A stretch of 64,000 nucleotides of DNA from Microgenomates bacterium OLB22 (GTDB lineage Bacteria; Patescibacteriota; Microgenomatia; UBA1406; HO2-37-13b), in NCBI GenBank assembly GCA_001567515.1, contig LLEV01000006.1, positions 5,039-69,038 of the forward strand, given 5' to 3'. The notes under the pieces are model-generated. The model worked only from the letters and a program-made list of their open reading frames with translations. It was not told where the DNA came from and made no database searches. Both the position numbers and the translations under genes were made by a program. Of the stretch, positions 28,118 to 36,608 are shown piece by piece; position 1 is the first letter of the stretch, and the number at the start of each line of letters is the position of its first letter.

Positions 28118-29140
28118 TCAGATTTGCCCAATATATGCAATGGGGGTATATCGCTCTACTTCTTCGATGTGGTCACCGATAAGTCTTCTGAAGTCAGTGA
28201 TGTCACGATAATGAGTAGGTCGTTCTCCTCGAATAGATGCATCAGATATTGATGTAGGTATCATCAGTCTTCTTCTGAGGGTAGCAAAATCTATGTGGGT
28301 TTCACTGGATGTAAGAGATCGAGGTACCACTCTTCCTGTACCGTGACTGATAGCATTTAGAGTAGTTGAGACTTTATCTGTAGCACGCACAAGTATCATA
28401 TCCCCATCCATGGATGAGGGAATGAGATTTAATTCTCCCGGATTTATGGGCACTGCCCCTTTGTAAACTCGAATATTCCCACCATCTGTCCGTCTATATG
28501 TATTGTGTGTTGTGTCATTGATGTGGACTAGTGGGCCATACTGTTTCTTAAGAATTTCTACGACTGCTGCTCTGTTTTCTACCGCTCCCCTTAGTAGTGC
28601 TTGATATACTCTCTCAAACTGCTCCCCATCTCTTTGGTGTGCAGCTTCTATGAGCTGGCCTCGCAAATCATCTTTCCGCGGTGTCCCCGTATGAATAACG
28701 AATCGGACCCCACCTCTTCCAGTAGGATCGATAACCGCATCAAGAAAGTGGTTTCCTGAACCAATATCTCCAGGGCCTCCATCTCGTGATCTCATCTCAT
28801 CAGCCACCGCATCCCATTTCTCTGGCTGATCCATGAATGTATCGTATGATACGTTACTCTCAACCATCTGTATTCCGCAGCCAACATCGTAAGTGAGTAA
28901 TCTCCGCCACTCTGGATTCACCCGCGGATCCAGCTCAACACAGACACCAGTTGGAATAGCATCCCGAGGTCCAGGGCTAAAGTCAGGTAGAAAAACAACC
29001 TTTATTGGTGTTAATCCATCGGGGAGCTGAGAGGGAAGGGCTTCAAGGGGCTGATCCGTCAGATTGACATATCTGACACCATCGATAACAGCCTCTTGGG
29101 CTGTGGCTAGTATTCGATCAGTCGGTTCAATATCACTCAT
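28118..29140 (-). CDS. rtcB: Short RtcB-family RNA ligase-like protein
   Basis: DVGCGI, GSGNHFLD, IHTGTPR (cf. HSGSRG) and SHGTGR (cf. HGAGR nucleophile His). I chose the start at MSDIEP (29140) because the upstream part of the track ORF overlaps a terminator hairpin (gacaccgctg...cagcggtgtc). A TATAAT box lies 6 nt upstream. Confidence 0.7.
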   Translation of the reverse strand: MSDIEPTDRILATAQEAVIDGVRYVNLTDQPLEALPSQLPDGLTPIKVVFLPDFSPGPRDAIPTGVCVELDPRVNPEWRRLLTYDVGCGIQMVESNVSYDTFMDQPEKWDAVADEMRSRDGGPGDIGSGNHFLDAVIDPTGRGGVRFVIHTGTPRKDDLRGQLIEAAHQRDGEQFERVYQALLRGAVENRAAVVEILKKQYGPLVHINDTTHNTYRRTDGGNIRVYKGAVPINPGELNLIPSSMDGDMILVRATDKVSTTLNAISHGTGRVVPRSLTSSETHIDFATLRRRLMIPTSISDASIRGERPTHYRDITDFRRLIGDHIEEVERYTPIAYIGQI

Positions 29141-29235
29141 ATGCGTATTATATAGAGTGCATTGGGGAAAAGTATAAGCAACTAGTAAACACAGACAAAA
29201 AAGACACCGCTGTTTGTGCAGCGGTGTCATCTCAC

Positions 29236-29772
29236 TCAGAAGCTGATCACTCCGGACTCTCCGTGCATCATGACCATGACCATTGCTCCTCGGAGGTTTT
29301 CCTCCGTGTGGGGTGGACAGATGGCCATGGCGATGCCATAGGGGTAGCCGAGCTCTCGGTAAAGCCGAGCCACCACTTCCGCTTTTGTTGCAGAAGTGGC
29401 TACAATGAGCTCCGCTCTTTCCTTGAGCATTTCATCGGTGATGTCCGGCCACATGCCTGGCGTCTGCTCAGGCCAGTGGCAGCCATCTTCGAGGAAGGCT
29501 TGATATTCAGAGGCAAATCTCACTAGTCCAACTAGCGAGGCCTCCTCATCGAGTCTCGCTGGGAGTGTTTCGACCTGCTGCCGAAAGGTCTCCTCGCGCA
29601 AGAGTGCCTGGACTTCAACAAAGAGCTCTGCTGCTGCCAGGGCCTTTCGAGGATTTGTCTCATCCCCGTACGGCTCGGATGGCTTGCGACCGCGCGACTG
29701 CTGCCAGGCAGCGTGCGCGATGACGTACTTGGCTGAACCGACCTCGAACTGATACAGGGCAGACTTCTTCAC
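29236..29772 (-). CDS. Hypothetical protein (178 aa), visibly GC-richer than its surroundings
   Basis: Long ORF directly upstream of the rtcB-like gene on the same strand. No motif recognised. Confidence 0.5.
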   Translation of the reverse strand: MKKSALYQFEVGSAKYVIAHAAWQQSRGRKPSEPYGDETNPRKALAAAELFVEVQALLREETFRQQVETLPARLDEEASLVGLVRFASEYQAFLEDGCHWPEQTPGMWPDITDEMLKERAELIVATSATKAEVVARLYRELGYPYGIAMAICPPHTEENLRGAMVMVMMHGESGVISF

Positions 29773-30043
29773 GGCTCGCTCCTGTGGTGTTGGGTAAGTG
29801 CGTGAACCAAGTTCTTTTGGTTACTTTTTCTTTGTGAGAACTGGATTATTATATCATATCTTATAGTTTTTGTCAAATAGAGATATGATTCTGAAGGACT
29901 GTGCATATTTAGATAATGGGAATAAATGTGGAATGATCATTTTTCATCTTTCTCGCCTCATACCATAAGCTGAGCGATTCTTGACATTAAACACCTTATA
30001 GTATATAATGACAATGTTTTCCTAAACCAAAGGAGAGAAACAG

Positions 30044-30229
30044 ATGGTTGAAAAGGTGAAAATTTTCTATACGGACAGTAGTCTGATTAATATGGAAAAG
30101 AGGATCAATGAGTGGCTTGCCAGTATGGAGGGAAAGATCGAGGTCACCCGTGTTATTCAAAATTCCTCAGCGACAGATTCTCTCTTTCATATCGTGATTA
30201 CAATCTGGTATCGTAATACCACTCCGTAG
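30044..30229 (+). CDS. Small protein (61 aa), Cse60-like pattern (tentative)
   Basis: TTGACA-N17-TATAAT promoter at ~29982-30010 and RBS AAAGGAGAG. KVKIFYTD...INEWL...IEVTRVIQNS...HIVITIWY resembles the Cse60/DUF2758 family. Confidence 0.4.
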   Translation: MVEKVKIFYTDSSLINMEKRINEWLASMEGKIEVTRVIQNSSATDSLFHIVITIWYRNTTP

Positions 30230-30238
30230 TAGAGGAGA

Positions 30239-30278
30239 CCCCTTGCATATACCTGACTGGGATAGCAAGGGTTTTTTT
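30239..30278 (+). terminator. Rho-independent terminator
   Basis: cccttgc ... gcaaggg followed by ttttttt. Confidence 0.65.
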
Positions 30279-30284
30279 GTAAAC

Positions 30285-30639
30285 GACTGGGCCCTGACAA
30301 TCGCGGTCCTCCTTAGTTCATTAAGTTTTTCTAGTGTGTCACGTCAAACGTGGCTAACCGCGTAAGCTAGGCCCTCCTCCACTCATGTTTGACCCATGGT
30401 CTACCACGTCGAACGTGGCTGTGCGTCCACGCTTTCAAAATGCTCACTTCGGCGGGGCACAAGAACAACTAAACTCACTTCGTTTGTTAAGTTGTTCTAA
30501 TGTGCCACGTCAAACGTGGCTACTCTGAGCTTGTCGAAGAGTGCCGGGAAGAGGATCCTTCGACTCTGCTCAGGATCTATACCTATTTCGAGCTCCTTCG
30601 ACAAAATCAGGGTTCAGGTATCCTGAGCTTGTCGAAGGG
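30285..30639. repeat. Repeat-filled spacer downstream of tRNA-Leu
   Basis: Three copies of the palindrome CCACGTCRAACGTGG (30339-30356, 30404-30421, 30505-30522). Palindromic ccttcgac...gagcttgtcgaagg units. A 31-nt duplicate (30525-30555) of the tRNA-Leu 3' end plus its flank (30623-30653). Confidence 0.7.
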
Positions 30640-30720
30640 TGCCGGGAAGAGGAGTTGAACCTCCACGCCTTGCGGCACACGCTTCTGAAGCGTGCGTGTC
30701 TGCCATTTCACCATCCCGGC
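30640..30720 (-). tRNA. tRNA-Leu (anticodon CAG)
   Basis: Acceptor GCCGGGA/TCCCGGC, anticodon stem CACGC/GCGTG with loop TTCAGAA, long variable arm TGCCGCAAGGCGT, and T-loop GGTTCAACTCC. Confidence 0.85.
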
Positions 30721-30741
30721 TTTGAGATAGCTTCCGGTCTA

Positions 30742-31170
30742 TTATACCAAGGCCAGGAATTCCGCAGGGGTGAGGGCTCTTATTTCCTTAAATTTCTTAA
30801 AGCCTTTGTCATAGGTGATGATAGTCTTGATTTCATTTGCCTTTGCAGCGGAAAGGTGGATGACATCTCTACTGTCAGAAGAAGTATGTATTAGTGAATC
30901 GAGTAGATACTGCTCTATAACCGCCTTGCTAATCGGTAGTAGCTCTCTTACCATTTTGATTGCGATCTCAGCTATCTTTATTCCTTTTTTCAATTGATTT
31001 CGCTTCTTAGCGACATAGACTATTTCCTGAATTGTTTCAGCTGATGTATATCTTTCTATAGAATGGCTGTGCAAAGATTCAAAGAAACTACGTGTAGATG
31101 ATGAAGACGAAGAGCTCTTATCGAATAAATCTAAGAAAATATTTGTATCAATATAGATACTATTCATCAT
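30742..31170 (-). CDS. vapC: PIN-domain toxin (VapC-like)
   Basis: IYIDTNIFLDLF at the N-terminus and DVIHLSAA...IITYDKGF at the C-terminus. Overlaps the upstream antitoxin. Confidence 0.85.
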   Translation of the reverse strand: MMNSIYIDTNIFLDLFDKSSSSSSSTRSFFESLHSHSIERYTSAETIQEIVYVAKKRNQLKKGIKIAEIAIKMVRELLPISKAVIEQYLLDSLIHTSSDSRDVIHLSAAKANEIKTIITYDKGFKKFKEIRALTPAEFLALV

Positions 31171-31408
31171 ATTTACTTGAAATGATCTTTTTCAGCTCTT
31201 TCCAGGGTGGTAACTTAATATCAACGTTATCTACCTGCCTAAGGAGTTTCATCATGTCATCCTGCACTGGCTTCACAAAGGTGATCCTGTAACGAGTGCC
31301 CGTATTCTTTCTCACCACTATTGCATCTTGATTCTTTCCGACGTGATCTAGTATCTTAAAAAAGTTCTTTCGTGCCTCCGTAGCTGTGTATGTTTGTGTA
31401 TCACTCAT
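31160..31408 (-). CDS. Phd/YefM-family antitoxin
   Basis: YTATEARKNFFKILDHVGKNQDAIVV is typical of a Phd/YefM N-terminus. Overlaps the PIN gene by 11 nt. Confidence 0.85.
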   Translation of the reverse strand: MSDTQTYTATEARKNFFKILDHVGKNQDAIVVRKNTGTRYRITFVKPVQDDMMKLLRQVDNVDIKLPPWKELKKIISSKYDE

Positions 31409-31428
31409 ATGTACATAGTGTACATATG
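31406..31428. promoter_or_regulatory. Palindromic operator candidate CATATGTACA-TAG-TGTACATATG
   Basis: 23-bp perfect inverted repeat overlapping the antitoxin start codon. It lies between the divergent phd-vapC and pth genes. Confidence 0.5.
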
Positions 31429-31470
31429 CTCTCGTATTCTGTCAAGATGTACTCGTGGTACACTAGTGAT

Positions 31471-32007
31471 ATGAAACTCATCGTTGGCTTAGGTAATCCA
31501 GGCACCTTACATGAACGAGACCGACATACAGTCGGTTTTCATTTTCTTGATTATATTTATTCATCCTCAGAAATAATCCAGCCGTGGCAAAACTCGATCA
31601 ATCATAGGGCAGAGCTTGCGGTTATCAAAAAAAATGATTTGCCAGTAAAGCTAGCTAAACCACAGACGTATATGAATAGATCTGGTGTAGCTGTTCGTTC
31701 TCTCATAAATTTCTTCCAGATTCCAGCTAAGCAGGTGTTTCTCGTATACGATGATCTCGATCTACCTCTGGGGACTTTTAAGATTAGCTCAAAGAGTTAT
31801 CCCAAGATCCATAATGGAGTGAACTCAGTGCTCGAGCAGTGCGGGGGAGGGATGACACATGTTCGGATAGGTATTGACGGACGAGATGGAGAGAGGGTCA
31901 TACCAGGAGAACGCTATGTCCTATCGAGTTTCCGTCCAGAAGAGAGACAGGTTGTGAAGGCTGTTTTTGATGAGATTACTAGTGCTCTTGAAAAGCTACT
32001 GGTATGA
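31471..32007 (+). CDS. pth: Peptidyl-tRNA hydrolase
   Basis: MKLIVGLGNPG...RHTVGF...PQTYMNRSG motifs. Confidence 0.95.
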   Translation: MKLIVGLGNPGTLHERDRHTVGFHFLDYIYSSSEIIQPWQNSINHRAELAVIKKNDLPVKLAKPQTYMNRSGVAVRSLINFFQIPAKQVFLVYDDLDLPLGTFKISSKSYPKIHNGVNSVLEQCGGGMTHVRIGIDGRDGERVIPGERYVLSSFRPEERQVVKAVFDEITSALEKLLV

Positions 32008-32852
32008 GCTTCTCGAGTCTCATTGGTGGTCATGTCTCTGTAGCTGGAGGCATCGAGAAATCAGTTGAGAGGGCAGTGAAGGAGGGCTTTGACGGCATGC
32101 AGGTATTTGTCTCTCCGCCTCGGTCTTTTAAGCCCAATATCTATTCACCAGAACAGATCGATTCCTTCCGCTTGCAATATGATCTTGCAAACATGCGATT
32201 CCTGGTCCAGCACGCCATCTACCTCCTCAATCTATCAGCGCGAGATGAGGACCTCTGGCGGGCTAGTATAGACTCTATCGTAGGCTATATGCTGCTTGGG
32301 GACCAAATGGGGAGTGTGGGCACAGTGGTGCATGTGGGGAGTAAGATGGGGGATGAGTCACTAGTCCGAGCCGCAGAGGGCATCCGCGAGATCTTGGCGC
32401 AGACGCCTGAGTCTCAATGCTTCATCATCGAAAATGCTGCCTCCCGAGCTCGCATCGGTGGGGAAGTCCTGGATATCATCCGGCTCTATGAACTTGTCAA
32501 CAATACTCGTTTGAAAGTCTGTCTCGATACCCAGCATATCTTTGCAGCAGGTCTGGAGTTAGCGAATGCAACGGTTTGTGGTCGATGGATAGAGCAATTT
32601 GATAACGAGATAGGTTCTGATCAGATAGTGTGCCTGCATGTCAATGACTCAAAGACAGGATGTGGCTCTGGAGCAGACCGTCATGAAAATATTCTCGTAG
32701 GAAAGATCGGAGAGGCCGGCTTCAAGAACTTCCTCCTGCACCCTAAGATGAAGAACATCCCTATCATCCTTGAGGTGCCAGGCAGTGATCCAAAACACAA
32801 GGGGCCTGATAGGGAAAATAAAGAGCGGCTTGAGGAGTTACTGAGAATCTAA
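32004..32852 (+). CDS. nfo: Endonuclease IV (AP endonuclease family 2)
   Basis: HAIYLLNL, VVHVGS, IENAAS, CLDTQH, LHVNDS, DRHENI and ILEVP metal-ligand blocks. Confidence 0.93.
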   Translation: MSFSSLIGGHVSVAGGIEKSVERAVKEGFDGMQVFVSPPRSFKPNIYSPEQIDSFRLQYDLANMRFLVQHAIYLLNLSARDEDLWRASIDSIVGYMLLGDQMGSVGTVVHVGSKMGDESLVRAAEGIREILAQTPESQCFIIENAASRARIGGEVLDIIRLYELVNNTRLKVCLDTQHIFAAGLELANATVCGRWIEQFDNEIGSDQIVCLHVNDSKTGCGSGADRHENILVGKIGEAGFKNFLLHPKMKNIPIILEVPGSDPKHKGPDRENKERLEELLRI

Positions 32853-32867
32853 TATTCTATTGACATA

Positions 32868-32885
32868 TGTACATATATATGTACA
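32868..32885. promoter_or_regulatory. Palindromic operator candidate TGTACATATATATGTACA within a TTGACA-N17-TACAAT promoter
   Basis: 18-bp perfect palindrome immediately upstream of the ATG at 32886. TTGACA at 32860-32865. Shares the TGTACA half-site with 31406-31428. Confidence 0.5.
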
Positions 32886-33169
32886 ATGAGTCAAATGACT
32901 CAAACACTTTCTATCACACAAGCGCGTGCGCAATTACCAGAAATGGTAAATAGTGCAAAAAAAAGCTTAACGAGTACGTTATTACGGTTAATGGGTCTCC
33001 TGCGGCAGTAATCATTTCTGCTGCTGAGTATGATTCATGGAAAGAGACCCTTGATGTTTTAAGCAACCCTTCGTTATTAAAGGCTATTCGTAAAGGGGAA
33101 GAGGAGTTTGAAAGGGGGGACTTTGTCACCTTCGATCAACTAAAAGAAGAACTCAATCTTCATGTATAA
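32886..33169 (+). CDS. Phd/YefM-family antitoxin (frame broken at A8 run 32957-32964)
   Basis: MSQMTQTLSITQARAQLPEMVNSAKK, then in the other frame LNEYVITVNGSPAAVIISAAEYDSWKETLDVLSNPSLLKAIRKGEEEFERGDFVTFDQL. Overlaps the relE-like start. Absent from the ORF track. Confidence 0.75.
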
Positions 33170-33413
33170 ATTGCTATTTTCACTTCAGGCTAAAAAGGAG
33201 TTAAAAAGGATCTCTCTGTCCCATCAGAAAGCTCTGTTTGAAGCTTTACATGATATACAAGAAGATCCATTGGCAGGAAAGCCATTGACCAGAGAAATGA
33301 CAGGCAGATTTTCATATAGGATCGGACCTTTTAGAATGATCTACACAGTAAACAAGAAAGATAGAGTAATCCAAGTACTCACAGCTGGACACAGGTCTGT
33401 TGTTTACAAATAA
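33162..33413 (+). CDS. RelE/ParE-family toxin
   Basis: 83 aa. ...AKKELKRI...IQEDPLAGKPLTREMTGRFSYRIGPFRMIYTVNKKDRVIQVLTAGHRSVVY is the canonical pattern. Confidence 0.85.
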   Translation: MYKLLFSLQAKKELKRISLSHQKALFEALHDIQEDPLAGKPLTREMTGRFSYRIGPFRMIYTVNKKDRVIQVLTAGHRSVVYK

Positions 33414-33437
33414 AAAAACCCAGCATTGCTGGGTATT
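33412..33437. terminator. Bidirectional terminator hairpin
   Basis: aaaaaaa cccagc att gctggg. Provides a T-run for the minus-strand gene 33440-33832. Confidence 0.6.
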
Positions 33438-33439
33438 GA

Positions 33440-33832
33440 TCAGTTCGCAGCTGGAGTTATCTCAATTTTCACATCTTCAAGTCCTCTTACCAATAGATCT
33501 ATGACATCGGGTAATGCAAGATAGTATTCACCTATATGGTGATGTCTGGTAGATCTCATTAGTCCAGTCCTATCAACAGCTGTTTTGATATCCCCTGAGC
33601 CGCTATATACGAGGCGTGCTTCAAAAGGAATATAGCCTTTACCTGTTTGCATGACCCGAATGCCTGCTGGGCCAGTCCTACTTCCGGCCTTTTGCCAAAA
33701 GATAGTGTAGGCAAGATCATCTGAGACTAATACATCATCATTTTCGGCTTGGTCGATGAACTTAGCGAAAAGCATAGCTAGTGGGATACTGATCATCTCT
33801 GGCTCCTTTGTAATGTGCTGGGAATGAAGCAT
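33440..33832 (-). CDS. Hypothetical protein (start probably at MISIPLAM)
   Basis: ORF with no recognised motif. Confidence 0.45.
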   Translation of the reverse strand: MLHSQHITKEPEMISIPLAMLFAKFIDQAENDDVLVSDDLAYTIFWQKAGSRTGPAGIRVMQTGKGYIPFEARLVYSGSGDIKTAVDRTGLMRSTRHHHIGEYYLALPDVIDLLVRGLEDVKIEITPAAN

Positions 33833-33947
33833 AGTATATCATAGAGCCCGACCTGGATCGTTGCATTAGTCTAGGCTTCTTAGTAGAATAGGGATACATC
33901 TAGATCCTTCTTCCTTCGACAAGCTCAGGACTCAGGATGACAAGAGC

Positions 33948-34019
33948 GCGGCGGTAGTTCAGTGGTAGAATACTTCCTTGCCAAGGAAGGGGTCGCCAGT
34001 TCAAATCTGGTCCGCCGCT
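33948..34019 (+). tRNA. tRNA-Gly (anticodon GCC)
   Basis: Acceptor GCGGCGG/CCGCCGC, D-arm GTTCAGTGGTAGAAT, anticodon stem CTTCC/GGAAG with loop TTGCCAA, and T-arm GCCAGTTCAAATCTGGT. Confidence 0.9.
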
Positions 34020-34069
34020 CATTATAGATTCTTCTTATCCTACTTCTTGCTTATCCACGCTCAATATAA

Positions 34070-34079
34070 TATACTATAG
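34070..34079 (+). promoter_or_regulatory. Putative -10 box TATACTATAG
   Basis: Upstream of RBS GAAGGAGAG and the ATG at 34125. Confidence 0.5.
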
Positions 34080-34124
34080 GTGAAAATAGGATGACATATT
34101 CTTAACAACTCGAAGGAGAGCCCT

Positions 34125-34490
34125 ATGGGATTAGATTTGACACTCATCCTGGTGAATGAACCAGGAGGGATAAACAAGGTTTCGCACTATGCGAAAAATA
34201 CCCTAAGGCTCGAACGAGAGGGTTTTTATGGTCAGTTCTTAAGCAGCCAGGGAGACCCTGCAAAGGTCCAAGCCCGTCCTATTCCGAAGAGACTATGGGT
34301 TGGGGTATATACTGATGAAGGTCTGCAGATGACCAGGGAAGATGCGTATGGCGAAGAGTTGATGTGGCTTTATGCTCATGAACTCTTGGCGACGTTGTCT
34401 TTATGCGTTCGTAATCGCTGGAATAAGGCCATAATGGCTTTTATCAAAGCTATTCCTCCAGAAACGCCCATCATCTTGTATTGGGGTTGA
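34125..34490 (+). CDS. Hypothetical protein (121 aa)
   Basis: Has promoter, RBS and terminator context. No motif recognised. Confidence 0.5.
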   Translation: MGLDLTLILVNEPGGINKVSHYAKNTLRLEREGFYGQFLSSQGDPAKVQARPIPKRLWVGVYTDEGLQMTREDAYGEELMWLYAHELLATLSLCVRNRWNKAIMAFIKAIPPETPIILYWG

Positions 34491-34498
34491 GATTGTAT

Positions 34499-34532
34499 GA
34501 GCCGGAGCAACACTGCTGCCCGGCTCTTTTTT
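34499..34532 (+). terminator. Rho-independent terminator
   Basis: gagccgg ... ccggctc followed by tttttt. Confidence 0.75.
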
Positions 34533-34554
34533 ATACCCAAAATAGCATATATCC

Positions 34555-35232
34555 TTATTGGGACAGATGCTTGAGCGCTTTTTCCAGTTGTCTCTGGCTA
34601 TGTCGTAGCGAACCCCCCTCATGCAATTCCTTTAGAAAATAGATGTGGCCCATGTCTCTTAAGACGTCTAGATCTATGAGCCTTTTATCAAGCAGTCGTA
34701 ATAACAACCCTTCAGTATCAGGGCAGTTATGGTCGTTATGGAACAAGAGATTGGCAAGCTCGAACTCATGGGGGGCAAAACAAAAGTGCTCAAAGTCGAT
34801 AAGTCCGAGCTCGCCCTGTACTACAATGATATTCCCCTTATGGATATCTCCGTGGATTGGAAAGAGAATGCAATCTTTATACCTTTCAATCAGCTCACTT
34901 GCCAGACCTTTGTAGGCCTGGGGAAGATGCCATCGTTTTATCTGGTTTGTCAGTATCAGTGCGGGGGAGATCTTCAAGGGGGAGGAGTTCCCAGCTACTT
35001 TCTCATAGAGACGGACTAAGTGATCTACCAAAATACTATCCGGGACATCTGTGCCTAAGACGCCCTCAAGTGGACATATATCTATCAGGGCTCTATTGAG
35101 CCTTAAGGCTATAGGCGTGACTACATATCTGGAGAAGATTTTGCTTCCTATAGATTCGGCATCAGTACTCCTTTGTCCAAAAAATATCTTCTGGAATCTA
35201 CTCCGTCGATGGTCAAAAAGACAGGTGCTCAT
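34555..35232 (-). CDS. Aminoglycoside/choline-kinase-like phosphotransferase (APH family, short)
   Basis: FPIHGDIHKGNIIVVQGELGLIDFEHF corresponds to the Brenner/catalytic-loop and DFE motifs of the APH fold. Confidence 0.6.
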   Translation of the reverse strand: MSTCLFDHRRSRFQKIFFGQRSTDAESIGSKIFSRYVVTPIALRLNRALIDICPLEGVLGTDVPDSILVDHLVRLYEKVAGNSSPLKISPALILTNQIKRWHLPQAYKGLASELIERYKDCILFPIHGDIHKGNIIVVQGELGLIDFEHFCFAPHEFELANLLFHNDHNCPDTEGLLLRLLDKRLIDLDVLRDMGHIYFLKELHEGGSLRHSQRQLEKALKHLSQ

Positions 35233-35936
35233 AGGTCTTCAAAAAGTAAAGTGGGAAACTCCTCCTGGAGGCTAAAGGCCTCGGCATACACCTGATCCTT
35301 TAGTCTCAGATGGTATCCCCGTACTTGGGCAAGTGACGTCTCAAAAGAGAGCGCCTGGGGGCTCGCTTGGGAGGCATAAAGCTCAAAGAGCTCTTGCTTT
35401 TTCTTCATATATGGTGTGATGTTAACTAGTATCTGCGACTTGATGGGAAGCATCCCTTCACAACAGAGGATGAGTGGTGTTCTCCATGGAGCGCCAAGTG
35501 TTTCTTTTTGTATGCCCATAGCTGCCATTTTCACTGCATGCACACTTATCCGGTATGCTGCTAGATGGTCAGGATGAGCATCATAGTTGTTATGGATGAA
35601 TAGGATAGATGGTCGGACCTGGCGTATTACTGACGCCACGTGAAGAGCTAAGTCCTTTGAGTACATGAGACCCATATCGTCCTCATGAAAGGTATAGAGA
35701 TTCTTGAGGCCTAGCTTTTGAGCTGCTTTGGATAGCTCTTTTGAACGAGTCTTTGACACTATTTCAATACTCAGCTCACTCCTCTCCTTATAATCTTGTC
35801 CTAGACTAGAGTCAGTGAGCACGATCTCATAAAGATGAGCATTTTGTTCTTCTTGTAACTTGAAACACGTTCCAGCACATGCGACGTGATCGTCAGCGTG
35901 GGCTGAAATGATGAGAATATGGGGTGTCTTTTTCAT
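35229..35936 (-). CDS. PIG-L/LmbE-family N-acetylglucosaminyl deacetylase
   Basis: ILIISAHADDHVACAGT and YDAHPDH motifs. Confidence 0.85.
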   Translation of the reverse strand: MKKTPHILIISAHADDHVACAGTCFKLQEEQNAHLYEIVLTDSSLGQDYKERSELSIEIVSKTRSKELSKAAQKLGLKNLYTFHEDDMGLMYSKDLALHVASVIRQVRPSILFIHNNYDAHPDHLAAYRISVHAVKMAAMGIQKETLGAPWRTPLILCCEGMLPIKSQILVNITPYMKKKQELFELYASQASPQALSFETSLAQVRGYHLRLKDQVYAEAFSLQEEFPTLLFEDL

Positions 35937-36529
35937 AATAGATACTCTTCAACTACTAACTTTTTATCCTGCACTCCCACACTCAGTGCTTCCTCAATTG
36001 ATAACACGCGACAGGTGCTGTGAAATGCTTCCATAAGATCCTGGAAACCGACGGGGTTCCTTCGAGAGAGATACGCCAGCACAGTAGCGTCACAGGGGTC
36101 ACTCCCCACATGGGCTTGATGACGAGTCTGGATCCGATGCTTTTGGATAGGGGCAACGATAGTCCCATCACTTCCTCCTCGTAGGGAAGACAACGAATGG
36201 TATGTTTCCAAGATCTTGTAGATATTGGCATGTGAGGTGAGCTTCAGAGGCGTGATGATCAGTCCTGCGCTGTCCGCCGCGAGTATGGCATCTCGGCCGT
36301 AGTAAAAGAACCCCTGTGGGCTAAAAGTCTCGTTGGGCAAGACATCTCCTGCCTTTAGTGGAGTATGGGGCAGCTCGGATATCTTGATGCTGGTCCCAGA
36401 TCTCATGGCCAAAAGGTGTGGATCGGCACCTTGTAGACGACCAACGAGGGTCATCTTGGCTGTGGTGATCCTATCTCCCATGGCCATGAAGACACTTTCC
36501 GGATCGATGAATGTCACCCTTTGAGTCAC
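35933..36529 (-). CDS. Hypothetical protein (possibly the C-terminal part of 36609-37199)
   Basis: Its frame stays open upstream (…CYRHLHGEYEDFCQWLGTDIEEQRIAAAQLLLDQAQV) and meets the upstream ORF at the T5 run 36640-36644. Confidence 0.45.
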   Translation of the reverse strand: MTQRVTFIDPESVFMAMGDRITTAKMTLVGRLQGADPHLLAMRSGTSIKISELPHTPLKAGDVLPNETFSPQGFFYYGRDAILAADSAGLIITPLKLTSHANIYKILETYHSLSSLRGGSDGTIVAPIQKHRIQTRHQAHVGSDPCDATVLAYLSRRNPVGFQDLMEAFHSTCRVLSIEEALSVGVQDKKLVVEEYLL

Positions 36530-36608
36530 CTGTGCCTGGTCTAAGAGTAGTTGAGCAGCTGCAATTCTCTGCTCCTCAATGTCCGTCCCAAGCCACTGGC
36601 AGAAGTCC

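Noticed and set aside
30300-30530. CRISPR array (three copies of CCACGTCRAACGTGG-containing units)
   Set aside because: Only three copies are present, the repeat core is ~16-18 bp and itself palindromic, the spacing is irregular (65 and 101 bp), the flanking sequence is partly repeated too, and no cas genes are in the window.
30541-30894. 117-aa ORF overlapping tRNA-Leu and the palindromic repeats
   Set aside because: It reads through the antisense of a tRNA gene and through REP-like palindromes (peptide 'PELVEG', 'SFDSAQDL' type). It also overlaps the vapC 3' end. It is spurious.
19621-31408. Integrated prophage or ICE at tRNA-Ser or tRNA-Leu
   Set aside because: The window contains no integrase, recombinase, or capsid/terminase or conjugation genes. 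The tRNA-Leu 3' duplicate is only ~100 bp from the gene.
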